A stretch of 64,000 bases of DNA from Candidatus Eiseniibacteriota bacterium (lineage in GTDB: Bacteria; Eisenbacteria; RBG-16-71-46; JABDJR01), in assembly GCA_963783375.1 (NCBI GenBank), contig CAWANH010000028.1:576001-640000 (forward strand). The letters run 5' to 3'. The notes under the pieces are model-generated. The model saw nothing but the letters and a program-made list of their open reading frames with translations, ran no database searches and was not told where the DNA came from. The position numbers were made by a program, and so were the translations under genes. Positions 18,288-29,203 of this stretch are shown here, one piece after another. The number at the start of each line of letters is the position of its first letter. Within the stretch, counting starts at the first letter, position 1.

Positions 18288-21200
18288 ATGAGCACGAGAA
18301 TCGTCGAGGTTTCGGATCGGGCGGCCGCCGAATCGAGGGAATCGGTCGGGGAGGACTACGCCCGGATCGAGAGTCCCCACCGGATGCCCTCCTTCCTCAT
18401 GAGCATCCCCACCGACACCGACCTCTGGATGTTCATCACCTCCCGCGGGGGACTCACCGCCGGGCGGGTGGACGCGGACGGAAGCCTCTTCCCCTACGAG
18501 ACGGTGGACAAGCTCCACGACGGGCCGTATCACACCGGACCGATCACCCTGCTCCGGGTGCGGCGGGATGGCGAAGCCGAGGTCCTCTGGGAACCCTTGT
18601 CGACCGGGGGGACGGCGGGTTCCGGGTGGAGCGGACCCTCTACAAGAGCCCCATCGGGAACCGGATCGTGTTCGAGGAGCTGAACCTGGACCTGGGACTT
18701 CTCTTCCGGTACCGGTGGGCGGGCTGCAATGAGTTCGGCTGGGTGCGGACCGCGGTCCTGGAGAACCTCGGCGGGGAGCCGGTGTCCGTCTCCCTCCTGG
18801 ACGGCCTGCGAAACGTCCTCCCCTGGGGGGCGCCGCTCTCCCTCTACCAGCAGTCGAGTTCCCTGGTCGACGCCTACCGGCGGACCGACGGTGATCCGGA
18901 AACCGGGCTCGTCACATTCTCCCTCACCGCCAAGGTCACCGACCGCCCCGAGCCCGCCGAGGTCCTCCGGGCCAACGCCGTCTGGTGCACCGGGCTCCCG
19001 AATCCCGGGATCCACCTGTCCCTGGAGGCGGTGGAGGCGTTTCGCCGCGGAGACGCCATGGCCGTTGAGTCCGTCCTGACCGGACGCCGCGGAAACTACC
19101 TGGTCCACGCGTCGGTGGATCTCGGGCCGGGGGAACGCGCGCGCTGGCACCTGGCCGCCGACGTCGGCAAGAGTCACGTGGAACTCGCCGCCCTGCGCGA
19201 TCGGTTGCTCCGGAAAGGGAATCCGGGGGAGGCGATCGAGGTCGCGCTCCGGGCGGCCGACGAGAGCCTGGTGGGGATCGTGGCGGCGGCGGACGGCCTT
19301 CAGCTCACCGGCGACGGGGCGGCGACCATGCACCACTTCGCCAACGTGCTCTTCAACGTCATGCGCGGAGGAACCTTCCACCGGAACTACGCGGTTCCGA
19401 CCGCCGATTTCGGTGAGTTCCTCCGGGCGCGGAACCCGGCCGTGGCGGAGCGCCACCGGGGCCGGATCGAGTCGCTTCCCGGCGAGATCACGGCGCGTGA
19501 GCTGGTGCTGGCCGCCCGGGAGAGCGGGGACCCCTCCCTCGAACGGCTGGCCCACGAGTACCTTCCCCTCTGGTTCGGACGCCGCCATGGGGATCCGAGC
19601 CGCCCCTGGAACCGCTTCACCATCCACGTGAGGAATCCGGACGGGGGGCGGATCCTCCGCTACGAGGGCAACTGGCGGGACATCTTCCAGAACTGGGAGG
19701 CATTGAGCTTCAGCTACCCCGACTTCCTGCCGGGCATGGTGGCGAAGTTCGTCAACGCCTCCACGGTGGACGGCTTCAATCCGTACCGGGTCACCCGCGA
19801 CGGGATCGAGTGGGAGGTCGCCGATCCGGACGATCCCTGGAGCCACATCGGCTACTGGGGCGACCACCAGATCGTCTACCTCCTCAAGTTCCTGGAGGCC
19901 CTGCCCCGGTTCCTGCCCGGCGCGCTGGAGGGGCTTCTGGGGCGGGAGATCTTCTCCTACGCCGACGTCCCCTATCGCCTGAAGCCCTACCCGGCCATCG
20001 TGGAGAACCCGCGGACCACCATCGAGTACGACGACACGCTGGCCGCCCGGATCGAAGACCGGGTGCGCGCCACGGGGACGGACGGAAGGCTCGTCCCGGG
20101 TCCCGATGGAGCGGTCTATCACGTGTCGCTCCTGGAGAAGCTCCTCGTACCCGCCCTCTCCAAGCTCTCGAATCTCGTCGCGGACGGCGGGATCTGGATC
20201 AACACCCAGCGCCCGGAATGGAACGACGCCAACAACGCCCTGGTCGGAAACGGCGTATCCGTGGTCACCCTGGGATATCTCCGCCGCTACCTGGCGTTCC
20301 TGGAACGCACGCTCGGCGAGGCGGACGACGGGCCGGCACGGGTCTCCACCGAGGTGGCGACCTGGTTCCGGCGGGTGCACTCGGTCCTGAGCGATTCGCA
20401 GGCGATGCCCGGGTCCGGGCCGGTGAGCGACACGGACCGAAAACGCCTCCTGGACGCTCTGGGCTCGGCGTTCTCCGACTATCGCGAGGCGGTCTACGCC
20501 GGGGGGTTCTCGGGAAAGGTACCGCTCGACGCCGCGGACGTCGCCGGGTTCTGCCGGACGGCCCTTCGTCACGTCGATCACGCGGTCCGCGCGAATCGCC
20601 GCGAGGACGGGCTCTATCACGCGTACAACCTTCTCGAGGTTCATCCGGACCGGGCGGACGCGCCCCTCCGGCCGCTCTACGAGATGCTGGAGGGGCAGGT
20701 GGCCGCGCTCAGCTCGGGATTGGTGGATCCGGAGGAGGCGGTGGGGCTGATCGCCGCGTTGTTCGGGAGCCGCCTCTACCGGCCCGATCAGCGGAGCTTC
20801 CTCCTCTACCCGGAGCGTACCCTTCCCGCGTTCATGGACCGGAACGTGGTCCCGGAGAAGGGCGCGCGAGCGGTTCCGTTGCTCTCGGCGCTGCTCGATT
20901 CCGGCGAGACCTCGGTCCTCGAGCGCGACGCCGCGGGCGTGCTCCGCTTCCACGGCGACTTCGAGAACGCCCACGATCTCGCCGCCGCCCTGGACCGGCT
21001 GGCGGAAAGCCGGCCGGAGGCCGTGGCCAGCGACCGGCAGGCGACGCTCGATCTCTTCGAGTCGGTCTTCAACCACCGCGCCTTCACCGGCCGCTCCGGC
21101 GCCATGTACGGTTTCGAGGGCCTGGGGTGCGTCTACTGGCACATGGTGGCCAAGCTGCTCCTGGCGGTGCAGGAGATCGTCGTCCGCGCCCACCGGGAGC

Positions 21201-21745
21201 GCCGGCCCGCGGATGTCCTCGCCGAACTCGTACGGGGCTACTACCGGATCCGGTCCGGGCTCGGGTTCGAGAAGACCGCGGCGGAGTACGGCGCCTTCCC
21301 CACCGACCCCTACTCCCACACCCCGGCCCACGGCGGGGCCCAGCAGCCCGGCATGACCGGCCAGGTGAAGGAGGAGATCCTGACCCGGCTCGGGGAGCTG
21401 GGGGTCCAGGTGGAGGACGGGACCCTGGGGTTCCGGCCGGTTCTCCTGCGACGGCGCGAGTTCGTGGCCGAGGCCGCCGAGTACGGTTATCCGGACCTGG
21501 AAGGCACGCATCGCACCGTCGAGGTCCCGGCGGGCGGCCTGGCCTTCAGCTTCTGCCAGGTCCCGGTGGTCTATCGGCTGGAGTCCGGGGAGCCCTGGAT
21601 CCGCCTGACCATGAAGAACGGGGAGTCGGCCCGGATCGACGGCGACCGGCTGGGGACGGCAGTGAGCCGCTCGATCTTCGCCCGCACCGGCGAGGTGGCG
21701 CGGATCGAGGTCGGGGTGCCGGAGAACGCCCTCCTGAAGATCTAG
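18288..21745 (+). CDS. GH149 beta-1,3-glucan phosphorylase (apparent frameshift at G6 run 18606-18611)
   Basis: N-terminal 'FLMSIPTDTDLWMFITSRGGLTAGR...LFPYETVDK' in one frame; 'GRRHGDPSRPWNRF', 'YEGNWRDIFQNWEAL', 'QRPEWNDANNAL', 'FPTDPYSHTP', 'QPGMTGQVKE' in another; adding one G joins them. Confidence 0.82.
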
Positions 21746-21751
21746 GCCGCC

Positions 21752-23359
21752 CTAGTCGACGAGCACCACGCGGCGGGTCTCGACGGTGCTCCCGGTGCGA
21801 AGCCGGTAGAGGTATACCCCCGAGGCCACGCGGTTCCCCGAAGCGTCGCGCCCGTCCCAGCTCACCTGGTGATCCCCGGCGGGAACGAACCCGTCCACCA
21901 GCGTCCGCACCGCGCGGCCGGCCACGTCGTAGACGGTGAGCGTGGCCGGGGCGTCGGCGGCCATGGTGTAGGCGATCGTGGTGCGCGCCCCGAACGGATT
22001 GGGGCGGGCCAGCCGCAGGTACGAGGCCGGGCCGGCCGGCACCGTCCCCGGCGGAACGCCGACCGTGCTGCCCTCGGGCACGAAGGTGAAGGCGTCCAGG
22101 ACGACTTCCTGATTGCTCGCGGGAGGGGTCCCGTTCACCTGCCAGAGATTCAGGTGCACCCGGGGCTGTTCCGGGCGGGGGATGTGGGGGCCGGTGTAGG
22201 TCCACTCGTGGATCATGTTGGCCGCCGACTCGTCGGCCGGACCGCCCCGCCAGCTCCGGAACTCCACCCGGTCGGGGAGCCAGCGGAAGGCATGGCTGGT
22301 CAGCTCGCCGGGGCTGAAGGTGGCGGCGAAGCGGTTGATGTTGCCGGGATAGTCGTAGGGCTGGGCCACGAACTGGCCGAGGTCGTTCGCCGGGTTGCCC
22401 CACCGGCTGAACTCCACGTCGATCTCGTTGTAGGGGTTCCACCAGAGGTAGCCGGGGTCATAGCAGGGACCGTACTGCCAGATGAAGATCCCGAAGACGA
22501 TGTTGGGATCGAGGGTGTCCAGGTCCCCGTAGGTGGTGAAGATGTAGTCGCCGTAGCCCAGGGCGTCGACGGGGGTAACCTCGGTGCTGTACCACGAGCC
22601 ACCGATCTTCTTGACCGTGAGGTGGAGCCGGTCGTTCGCGTCCACCCAGGTGCAGCTCGAGCTGTTGCAGAAGAGGCTGGGGCCCGGGCCGTAGTAGCCC
22701 GGGCCCTTGACCCGCCAGGTGCGTCCGCTGAACTGGAGCGTGGTCCCCCCGGGAAAGTCGTTCCACTGGATGTCGTCCAGGGTGGGGGCGCTCAGGCTGT
22801 TGAATTCGGCCTCGTCGAAGTACACGTCCGGCACCGGCGCCCCCGGGGCCTGGAGGGCGCCGAGGAGGAGCCGCGCGGTGGCGGTCCCGGTGGGGGCGGG
22901 CTGGGTGGTCACCGAGACGTCCTGGACCGCGTCCACCGGCGTCGAGGCGTCGGCCACGGTGTGGGACTCGTAGGAGATGAGGTTCCCCCCGGAATCCCGC
23001 CACTCGATGTTCAATATGGCCTGGCACTGGCCGGTGAGGGGATTCACGGCGGTGTGCCATCCCCGGACCGAGGCCTCGAAGGTCTCCCCGGGAACCGCGT
23101 CCAGGCTCTGCCAGTAGCCGGACACATCCCAGCCGCCGGTGTTCGGCCCGGAGACCCGGGCGGCGAGGTGGCCGTGGGTGGCGTTCGGGGAGGACCCCAC
23201 CGACCCGAACTGGTTCCAGCCCCCGAAGACCGGCCCGCCCGAGCCGCGCAGCTCGAAGCTGGGGTTGGCCAGGATGCACTGGGCGTTCGCCGCCCCGGCC
23301 CAGACCAGGGCCGCGATCGCCAGGGCGACTGCGGAGACGCGGGTTCCCGGATGGCGCAT
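21752..23359 (-). CDS. Secreted CBM + GH16-like catalytic domain + FlgD-Ig protein
   Basis: Signal peptide; 'ILANPSFE..GWNQFG' CBM-like module; 'YNEIDVEFSRWG' ExDxE motif; C-terminal 'ARPNPF...VYDVAGRAVR...WDGRD...SGVYLYRL'. Confidence 0.8.
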   Translation of the reverse strand: MRHPGTRVSAVALAIAALVWAGAANAQCILANPSFELRGSGGPVFGGWNQFGSVGSSPNATHGHLAARVSGPNTGGWDVSGYWQSLDAVPGETFEASVRGWHTAVNPLTGQCQAILNIEWRDSGGNLISYESHTVADASTPVDAVQDVSVTTQPAPTGTATARLLLGALQAPGAPVPDVYFDEAEFNSLSAPTLDDIQWNDFPGGTTLQFSGRTWRVKGPGYYGPGPSLFCNSSSCTWVDANDRLHLTVKKIGGSWYSTEVTPVDALGYGDYIFTTYGDLDTLDPNIVFGIFIWQYGPCYDPGYLWWNPYNEIDVEFSRWGNPANDLGQFVAQPYDYPGNINRFAATFSPGELTSHAFRWLPDRVEFRSWRGGPADESAANMIHEWTYTGPHIPRPEQPRVHLNLWQVNGTPPASNQEVVLDAFTFVPEGSTVGVPPGTVPAGPASYLRLARPNPFGARTTIAYTMAADAPATLTVYDVAGRAVRTLVDGFVPAGDHQVSWDGRDASGNRVASGVYLYRLRTGSTVETRRVVLVD

Positions 23360-23398
23360 GGGTCACTCCGTGGCACGCAAGAGAGGACGGCCCAACGC

Positions 23399-23419
23399 TT
23401 TGGGCGACTGCCGCACAAA
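23399..23419. promoter_or_regulatory. Putative ROK repressor operator 3 (TTTGGGCGA-CTG-CCGCACAAA)
   Basis: Same 21-bp pattern, 40 bp upstream of the minus-strand GH16 gene and next to an AT-rich promoter-like stretch (TGTGTTAAAT / TAAAAT on the minus strand). Confidence 0.65.
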
Positions 23420-23574
23420 GCCATTTAACACATTGCTATTTTAGCACTTAAACGCCATCAGGATCACCAGAAAAGAGCGGCGTTCGCCGGAGAGCCGCGG
23501 TCGGTCCCGGGGTTCGGGGGGGTGAGAATCCGAGGCGAGGGCCGTTCACGATGCGACCGCGGTTGCCGGCGCCC

Positions 23575-24396
23575 TCAGGGCAGGACGGTCAGCTTACGCG
23601 CCCGGTTCCCCGACTCCGTCTCCAGGTAGATGAAGTATACGCCGGCCGCGACCGGGTTTCCCCGGTCGTCCCGCCCGGTCCAGGTCGACTCGTAGGCCCC
23701 CGCCGGGAGGTCCTCGTCGAGGAGCATCCCCACCAGCCGTCCCCGCTGATCGAAGGCGCGCAGCCTCACGCGGCCCGGCGCCGGGACCTGGAAACGGATG
23801 CGGGAGTGGCCCCGGGCGGGGTTGGGGACCCCCGGCAAGAGCGCCAGGACGGGAGCGACGGGTCCCGGAACCTGGAGATACGCCGGGCCGTGCCAGGTGC
23901 GGTCTCCGGCGCGGCCCCACTCCTCCAGCCAGTAGGCGACCCGCCCCGCCGGAGGCGCCGGGTCGGTGAACCGATACTCCTCGGCGCCTCGGAGAGGCGT
24001 TTCGGTGAGCTGCACGCGAGGTCCCTCACCGAGCTGGCGATGGACCTGAAAACCAACCAGATCGCCCGCATCGTCGAGGGCGCGCCAGGACAGTTCGGCT
24101 CCCCGCGGGGTCCAGAGGGCGTGAAACCACAGGAACCGGACCGGGGTGGGCACACCGTCCAGGGTCCCCGGCCAGAACCCGAGCCAGAGGGCGCGGGATT
24201 CGCCGCCGGCCGCTCCGATCGCCGGTTGACCGAGGCTGACCGTCGCGGATCCCCCGGGTCCGGAGAGCGACATCGCGCCCGAGCTGAAGGCGACGGGGCC
24301 GAGCCGGGTTTGACCGGCCAGCGGGGACGCGAGCAGCGCACTCCCCGCCACCGCGATGAGGACGCCGAGCCGCATTGCCGATCGCCGCGCGCCCAT
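23575..24396 (-). CDS. Small secreted FlgD-Ig (CTD) protein, partner of the fibre gene (in frame with the upstream ORF in this assembly)
   Basis: Own signal peptide 'MRLGVLIAVAGSALLASPLAG', 'SLGQPAIG...GFW' module, C-terminal 'VPNPARG...FDQRGRLV...WTGRDD...GVYF'. Confidence 0.65.
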   Translation of the reverse strand: MGARRSAMRLGVLIAVAGSALLASPLAGQTRLGPVAFSSGAMSLSGPGGSATVSLGQPAIGAAGGESRALWLGFWPGTLDGVPTPVRFLWFHALWTPRGAELSWRALDDAGDLVGFQVHRQLGEGPRVQLTETPLRGAEEYRFTDPAPPAGRVAYWLEEWGRAGDRTWHGPAYLQVPGPVAPVLALLPGVPNPARGHSRIRFQVPAPGRVRLRAFDQRGRLVGMLLDEDLPAGAYESTWTGRDDRGNPVAAGVYFIYLETESGNRARKLTVLP

Positions 24397-24400
24397 GGGG

Positions 24401-27400
24401 CTACTCCCCCCCGCGGCCCGCGCCCCGTCGCGAGCTGCGGACCCGGTCGTCTCCGCCGCCTCGATCCGGGAGACCCGCTCCAGCAATTGCTTCATCTGGC
24501 TCTCGAGAGCGCTCAGCCGGCGGTCCCGATCGGCCAGCGCGGCCCGGAGCGGGGCGACCGGGGCCCCGACCCCCACCGCCGTCCGGACGAGCTTCGTGCC
24601 GGGAGCGCCGCTGGACGCCCAGGCCGTGCCCACGATCCACTGAGCCTGCTCGGGGGTGAGATCCTCCGGCGCCACCGCGAAGGCGGAGCCGTCGCCCCGG
24701 CCCGAGGCGACCACCGCGTCCCCGGCCCGGACCGGGCCCTCGACCTTCACCCCCACCTGGCCGATGAAGGCGATCTTCTCGAAACCGTCCGCGTGATCCC
24801 CGTCCGGCCGGTTCCCCAGGACGAGAGGGCTTCGGGAGACCACCATGACCGCGTGGGCGCCCTCGGTGCGGCGGGTCACCGCGCCGTCGAAGACGCCGAC
24901 CACATCCCCCGGCTCGAACCGTTCCGAGGGATCGAGGCGGGGCATCCACTCCGCGTAGTCGGAGCCCGGGCCGGAGAACGTCACCCCTCCGGCTCCGTCA
25001 CCCTCGACGGCCCCGGCGCTCCCGGTTCCGGTGACGAAGCTGATGAAGTTCACCGACGAGCCCGGGGTCGTCGTTCCCACCTTGAGGGCGAGGACGTCGG
25101 GGCTCGTGCCGGCACTGGCGTTCTCGATCACCGCGACGTGGTTGGGGATGCTGGCCGCGCCGTTGGCGTTCCCCAGGATATGGAGGCCCGTGGCCGGGCT
25201 GTCGGTGCCCACCCCGACCTTGCCGTCGAAGTGGAACACGTCGTCGTCGCGGTCGTAGAAGAACGCGTCGGCGCCGTCCGTGCCGGTTCCCTCGCTGGTC
25301 CGCTCCAGCACCAGGCGGTTCGGCGAGGTCCGCCAGAGGAGCTGCACTCCCTGATCGGGGGTGTCGTCGTCGAAGATGATTCCGTTGGGCCCGGCGGACC
25401 CGCCTCCCCCGAGCATGATCCCGGTGCCGCCGTTCGGATCCAGGACGTGGAGCTGTTCCCGGGGGGAATTGGTGCCGATCCCGACCCCACCCAGGGCCCG
25501 GATCAGGAACTGGCGGTCGCCGGTGGAGGGGAAGGGAACCAGGTAGCCCCCGTTCGTCTGGCCGTCGTTCCACACGAAAGTCCCCAGGTGCGAGGCCTGT
25601 GCGCCCCGCCCGGCGGCGAAGGAGTGGAGACCCGCGGCCTCGTTTTCCCAGCCACCGGGGACGACGGAGTACTGCCCGGTGGCCGTGTTGTGGAAGCCGC
25701 CGGTGACGACCGAATGGTCTCCCTCCGCAGTATTGGCGTAGGTGGGGAACTGATCCGACCCTCCACCTCCGACGAAGGACCCGTCTCCGCTGGCGGTGTT
25801 CGAAGCGCCGCCGGCCACCGTGGACGCGCGACCCGAGGCGACATTGCCCGCACCGGCCAGCACGATGGAGAGGCTGCCGGTCGCCTCGTTCCTCGAACCC
25901 CCGCCCACGAAACTGATGTAGCCCGAGCTGGTGTTGTGGTTCCCACCGGCCACGCAGGAGCTGGACCCGGAAGCCGCATTCGAGTTTCCGCCCCCGATCG
26001 TCGCATACGACCCCTGGGCGGAGTTGCCGGTGCCGCCGGAAACCGTGGCTCCATCGGCAATCGCGTCATTGCCGGAGCCTCCGCCCACGGTGGCGTTGCC
26101 TCCTTTAGCCTGGTTCGACCGGCCTCCGCTGATCGTGGCCATGAGCCCCGACGCTCGGTTCTCCTGGCCGCCCCCGATGGTGCACCCGCGATCCCAGGCT
26201 TTGTTGAAGCCGCCCCCGGCCACCGTCGTGTTGTCGTCGAGAGCCGAGTTCTCCTGGCCACCCCCGACCATGGAATACTGTCCCAGGGCCGAATCCGCCT
26301 CGCCACCCCCGATGAAGCTGTGCTCACCGGAGGCGATGTTATCGGTGCCGCCTCCGATCGCGGCCAGATTTCGGGCCAGGTTGTGGACCCCGCCGGCGAC
26401 CGTCCCCCCCAGCCCGTCGACGACGTTGCGATCTCCACCCCCCACGGTGGCGTAGCGTCCGTCGAGAAGATCCGCGTTCTCGTTCCCCGCCCGATTGTTG
26501 CGGCCGCCGGCGACCGTTCCGAAGTTGTCCGTGATCTGGTTGGCCAGCTCGGGATCACCCCCGCCACCGATGCTCGCGCCACGCACGCCGGCACTCACGT
26601 TGTTGGACGCGCTCCCCCCGATGACGTTGGGCGTATCTCCCGGCTCCAAGCGGAGCGCTCGCTGGTTGTTCACCCGCAGTTCCAGCGCCTGATCGTCGGT
26701 GGTTCCGAGGAAGGAGGTGGCGGGGTTCGTTCCGGCGTTGCCGGAGAGGCCCCACGCGCCGCCGGTGGCTCCCGCCGCGGTGGTCTGGAGCGTTCCATCG
26801 GGGAACATGATCCCGTCCACGCCCGGCGCGCCGCCGACGTGGAGCGCGGCCTGGGGATCGTTGACGTTGATCCCGACCCCCCCGCCGGCCCGCACCAGGA
26901 ACTGGTTCTCGCCGGTGGACTCGAAGGTCTGGTCGATGCCGTCGGCCCACACGAAGGTGCCGTCGTCGCCGGGACGCACCCGGGCCCGGAGCCCCGCGGC
27001 GAAGCTGTTGGCGCCGTGGGCCTCGTTCTCGTTCCCCCCCGGAACCGTGGCCGCGAAGCCGGTGGCCTGGTTTCCGGTTCCGCCGGCCACGGTCGTGTAC
27101 GCCGATCCGGCCCGGTTGGACTCGCCGCCGCCCACCGTGGACGCCCACCCGTTGGCCTGGTTGCTCTTTCCGCCTCCGACGGTGGCGAAGGGACCGTTCA
27201 TCGGGTCGTCCGAGTCGCCGCCGGCCAGGTGCCCGGCCCCGCCGCCGATCGTCCCGTAGTGGGCGGAAACGCGGTTCCCCCCGACCTCCGGGGCGTCGGT
27301 TCCTCCGCCCCCCGCGATCGTCGCGCCCACCACCCCGGCACCTACGGTGTTGGCCTCCGATCCCCCGATCAGGTTCCGGCCGGTGCCGAAGTCGTTGCCG

Positions 27401-28866
27401 GTGGCGACCCCCGGCTCCAGGCGCAAGGCCCGCTTGCCGTCGACATGAACCTCCAGCGGGGCGTCGTTCGATGTGCCCAGGTACTGCGCGACCGGATCGG
27501 TGACGGCGTTCCCGCCGAGTTTCCAGGCCGTCGTGTCCTGGCCGTTCCCCCCGCCGGCATGGATCGTGATCGTGTGGCCGGCCTGGTCCAGGGTCACGTT
27601 GTCCCCGGCGGCCAGGGTCACCGCGTCGGCCAGCCCGTTCACCGAGGTCACCGCGGCGCCGGGAGCCAGCTTCGCCAGGCTCACCGCCCCGTTGGCGAGC
27701 TTGCCCGCCGTCACCGCCCCGTCCGCGAGCTTCGCGGTCGAAACGCCCCCGCTCTTCACGTTGATCGTGGCCACCGGCCCGTTGGGGTTGGTCAGGGCGA
27801 GCGCGCCGTCCGTGTTCTGAACCCCCTGAATTCCCGAGGCCCCTTCCCCGAGGACGGAGTTGATGATCAGGGTGTCGCCGCTGGTGGAGACGGTCGTTCC
27901 TCCCGAGCCCGATACGATCACCCCGTCGGTCAGGCCGTTGAGGTCGGTCACCGCCGCCCCGGTCGCGAGCTCCGGGTTCGGGTAAGTCCCGGCGAGATCG
28001 CCGCCGGCGGGTCCGGCCGGGGTCCGTGGATCGGCCAGCCGCGAATCCTGATCCGTCACGTATCGGTTGTCGTTCGACGGCTGCCCGTGCGTGCCGGCCA
28101 GGGCGCCCTTCTCGCCGGGCGTGGGGTCGTTCGCGTTGTCGTGGGTGGGATGGTCCAGCGCCAGCTTGCTCTCCGGGATGCCGCCCGAGGCCAGATCGAC
28201 GGTCACGGTGGGACCGGTGGGATCCGACACCTTCAGGAAGCCGTCGCTGTTCTGCACCCCCAGGATCCCGGAGCCGCCCTCCCCGATGATGGAGGTGACG
28301 ATCAGGGTGTCCCCGGACGTTGAGATCGTCGTTCCCCCCCCTCCTTTCAGGTGCAGCGCGCCCGCCAGCCCGTTGAGGGCGGTCACCACCGCCCCGGGGG
28401 AGATCTTTGCCCCGGTCACCGCGCCGTCCGCGAGCGCCCTGCTGCCGACCGCCCCCTCCGCCAGCTTCGCGCCGGTGATCGCGCCGTCCTCCACGGAGGC
28501 CGCGGCCAAACTGTAGGGAACCGAGGTCAGGGGGATCCGGGGCGCGAACTCGGGGTCCGGCGCCAGTTGGATCCCCACATAGTAGGGAGCGTCGAAATTC
28601 AGCCCGAACGGAACCGTCTCCCCGAGGACCACGCTGAAGACGCCTCCGCTGGTAGAGACATCAAGAGTCTCCGTCCAGAGCGGCTCGCCTGCCTCGGCCG
28701 TATCGTAGATGCCGAAGACGGCCTCGTACACGCCGTCGGGAACCGCGTTGCCGTCCGTATCCCGGAGGACCCCCTGGACCGACAGGGTGCGCGGGACGGC
28801 CGCGGCGGCGGCGCCGACGGACACCGCCAAGGTGAGCAACGCGGTGAGGACGATCAGATGCTTCAC
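24401..28866 (-). CDS. Large secreted trimeric fibre/adhesin-like protein (YadA-head-like GGGxxNxA repeats, C-terminal intramolecular-chaperone-like domain and coiled coil)
   Basis: GTG start at 28866 with RBS AAGGAG; signal peptide; 'LSVQGVLRD...PRIPLTSVPYS' N-domain; DGAVTxAKLA repeats; many GGGxxNxAxG repeats; 'SDYAEW...PGDVV...IAFIGQVGVKV'. The 3' end is uncertain (see findings). Confidence 0.75.
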
Positions 28867-28927
28867 GGGAACCACTCCTTCCGATCGGGCGGGGGGGGGG
28901 AACCGGCGGATCGCGCGGCGCCCCCGG

Positions 28928-29104
28928 CTATTTCTCCGGGGGCCTCGGTTCAACGAGCCAGCCGGCCAGTTCCTCGACGGACGTGAACCGGAATTCGGCC
29001 CCGCCGGGAAACCGGACCGCCTTGCCCCGGCACTCCCCGGGACGCCGGACGAGGACGAGCAGGATGCGTTCGGGTCTCGAGTGAGGCTTCTCGGGCTTGG
29101 TCAT
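28928..29104 (-). CDS. Small hypothetical protein (58 aa)
   Basis: Compact ORF 'ILLVLVRR...CRGKAVRF...FRFTSVEELAGWL' between the regulator and the fibre gene, in the fibre orientation. Confidence 0.55.
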   Translation of the reverse strand: MTKPEKPHSRPERILLVLVRRPGECRGKAVRFPGGAEFRFTSVEELAGWLVEPRPPEK

Positions 29105-29203
29105 GGGGGAATCCTTGACCGGACCGCTCACAAATCACTCACAGGATTCGGTTGCAGTCATTTAGTATCCACTCAACCCGATCTCCGGCTTCAGGTTGTG
29201 GAA

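Noticed and set aside
24401-28866. Prophage inferred from the tail-fibre-like gene
   Set aside because: The protein has a Sec signal peptide, and there are no capsid, terminase or phage integrase genes in the vicinity.
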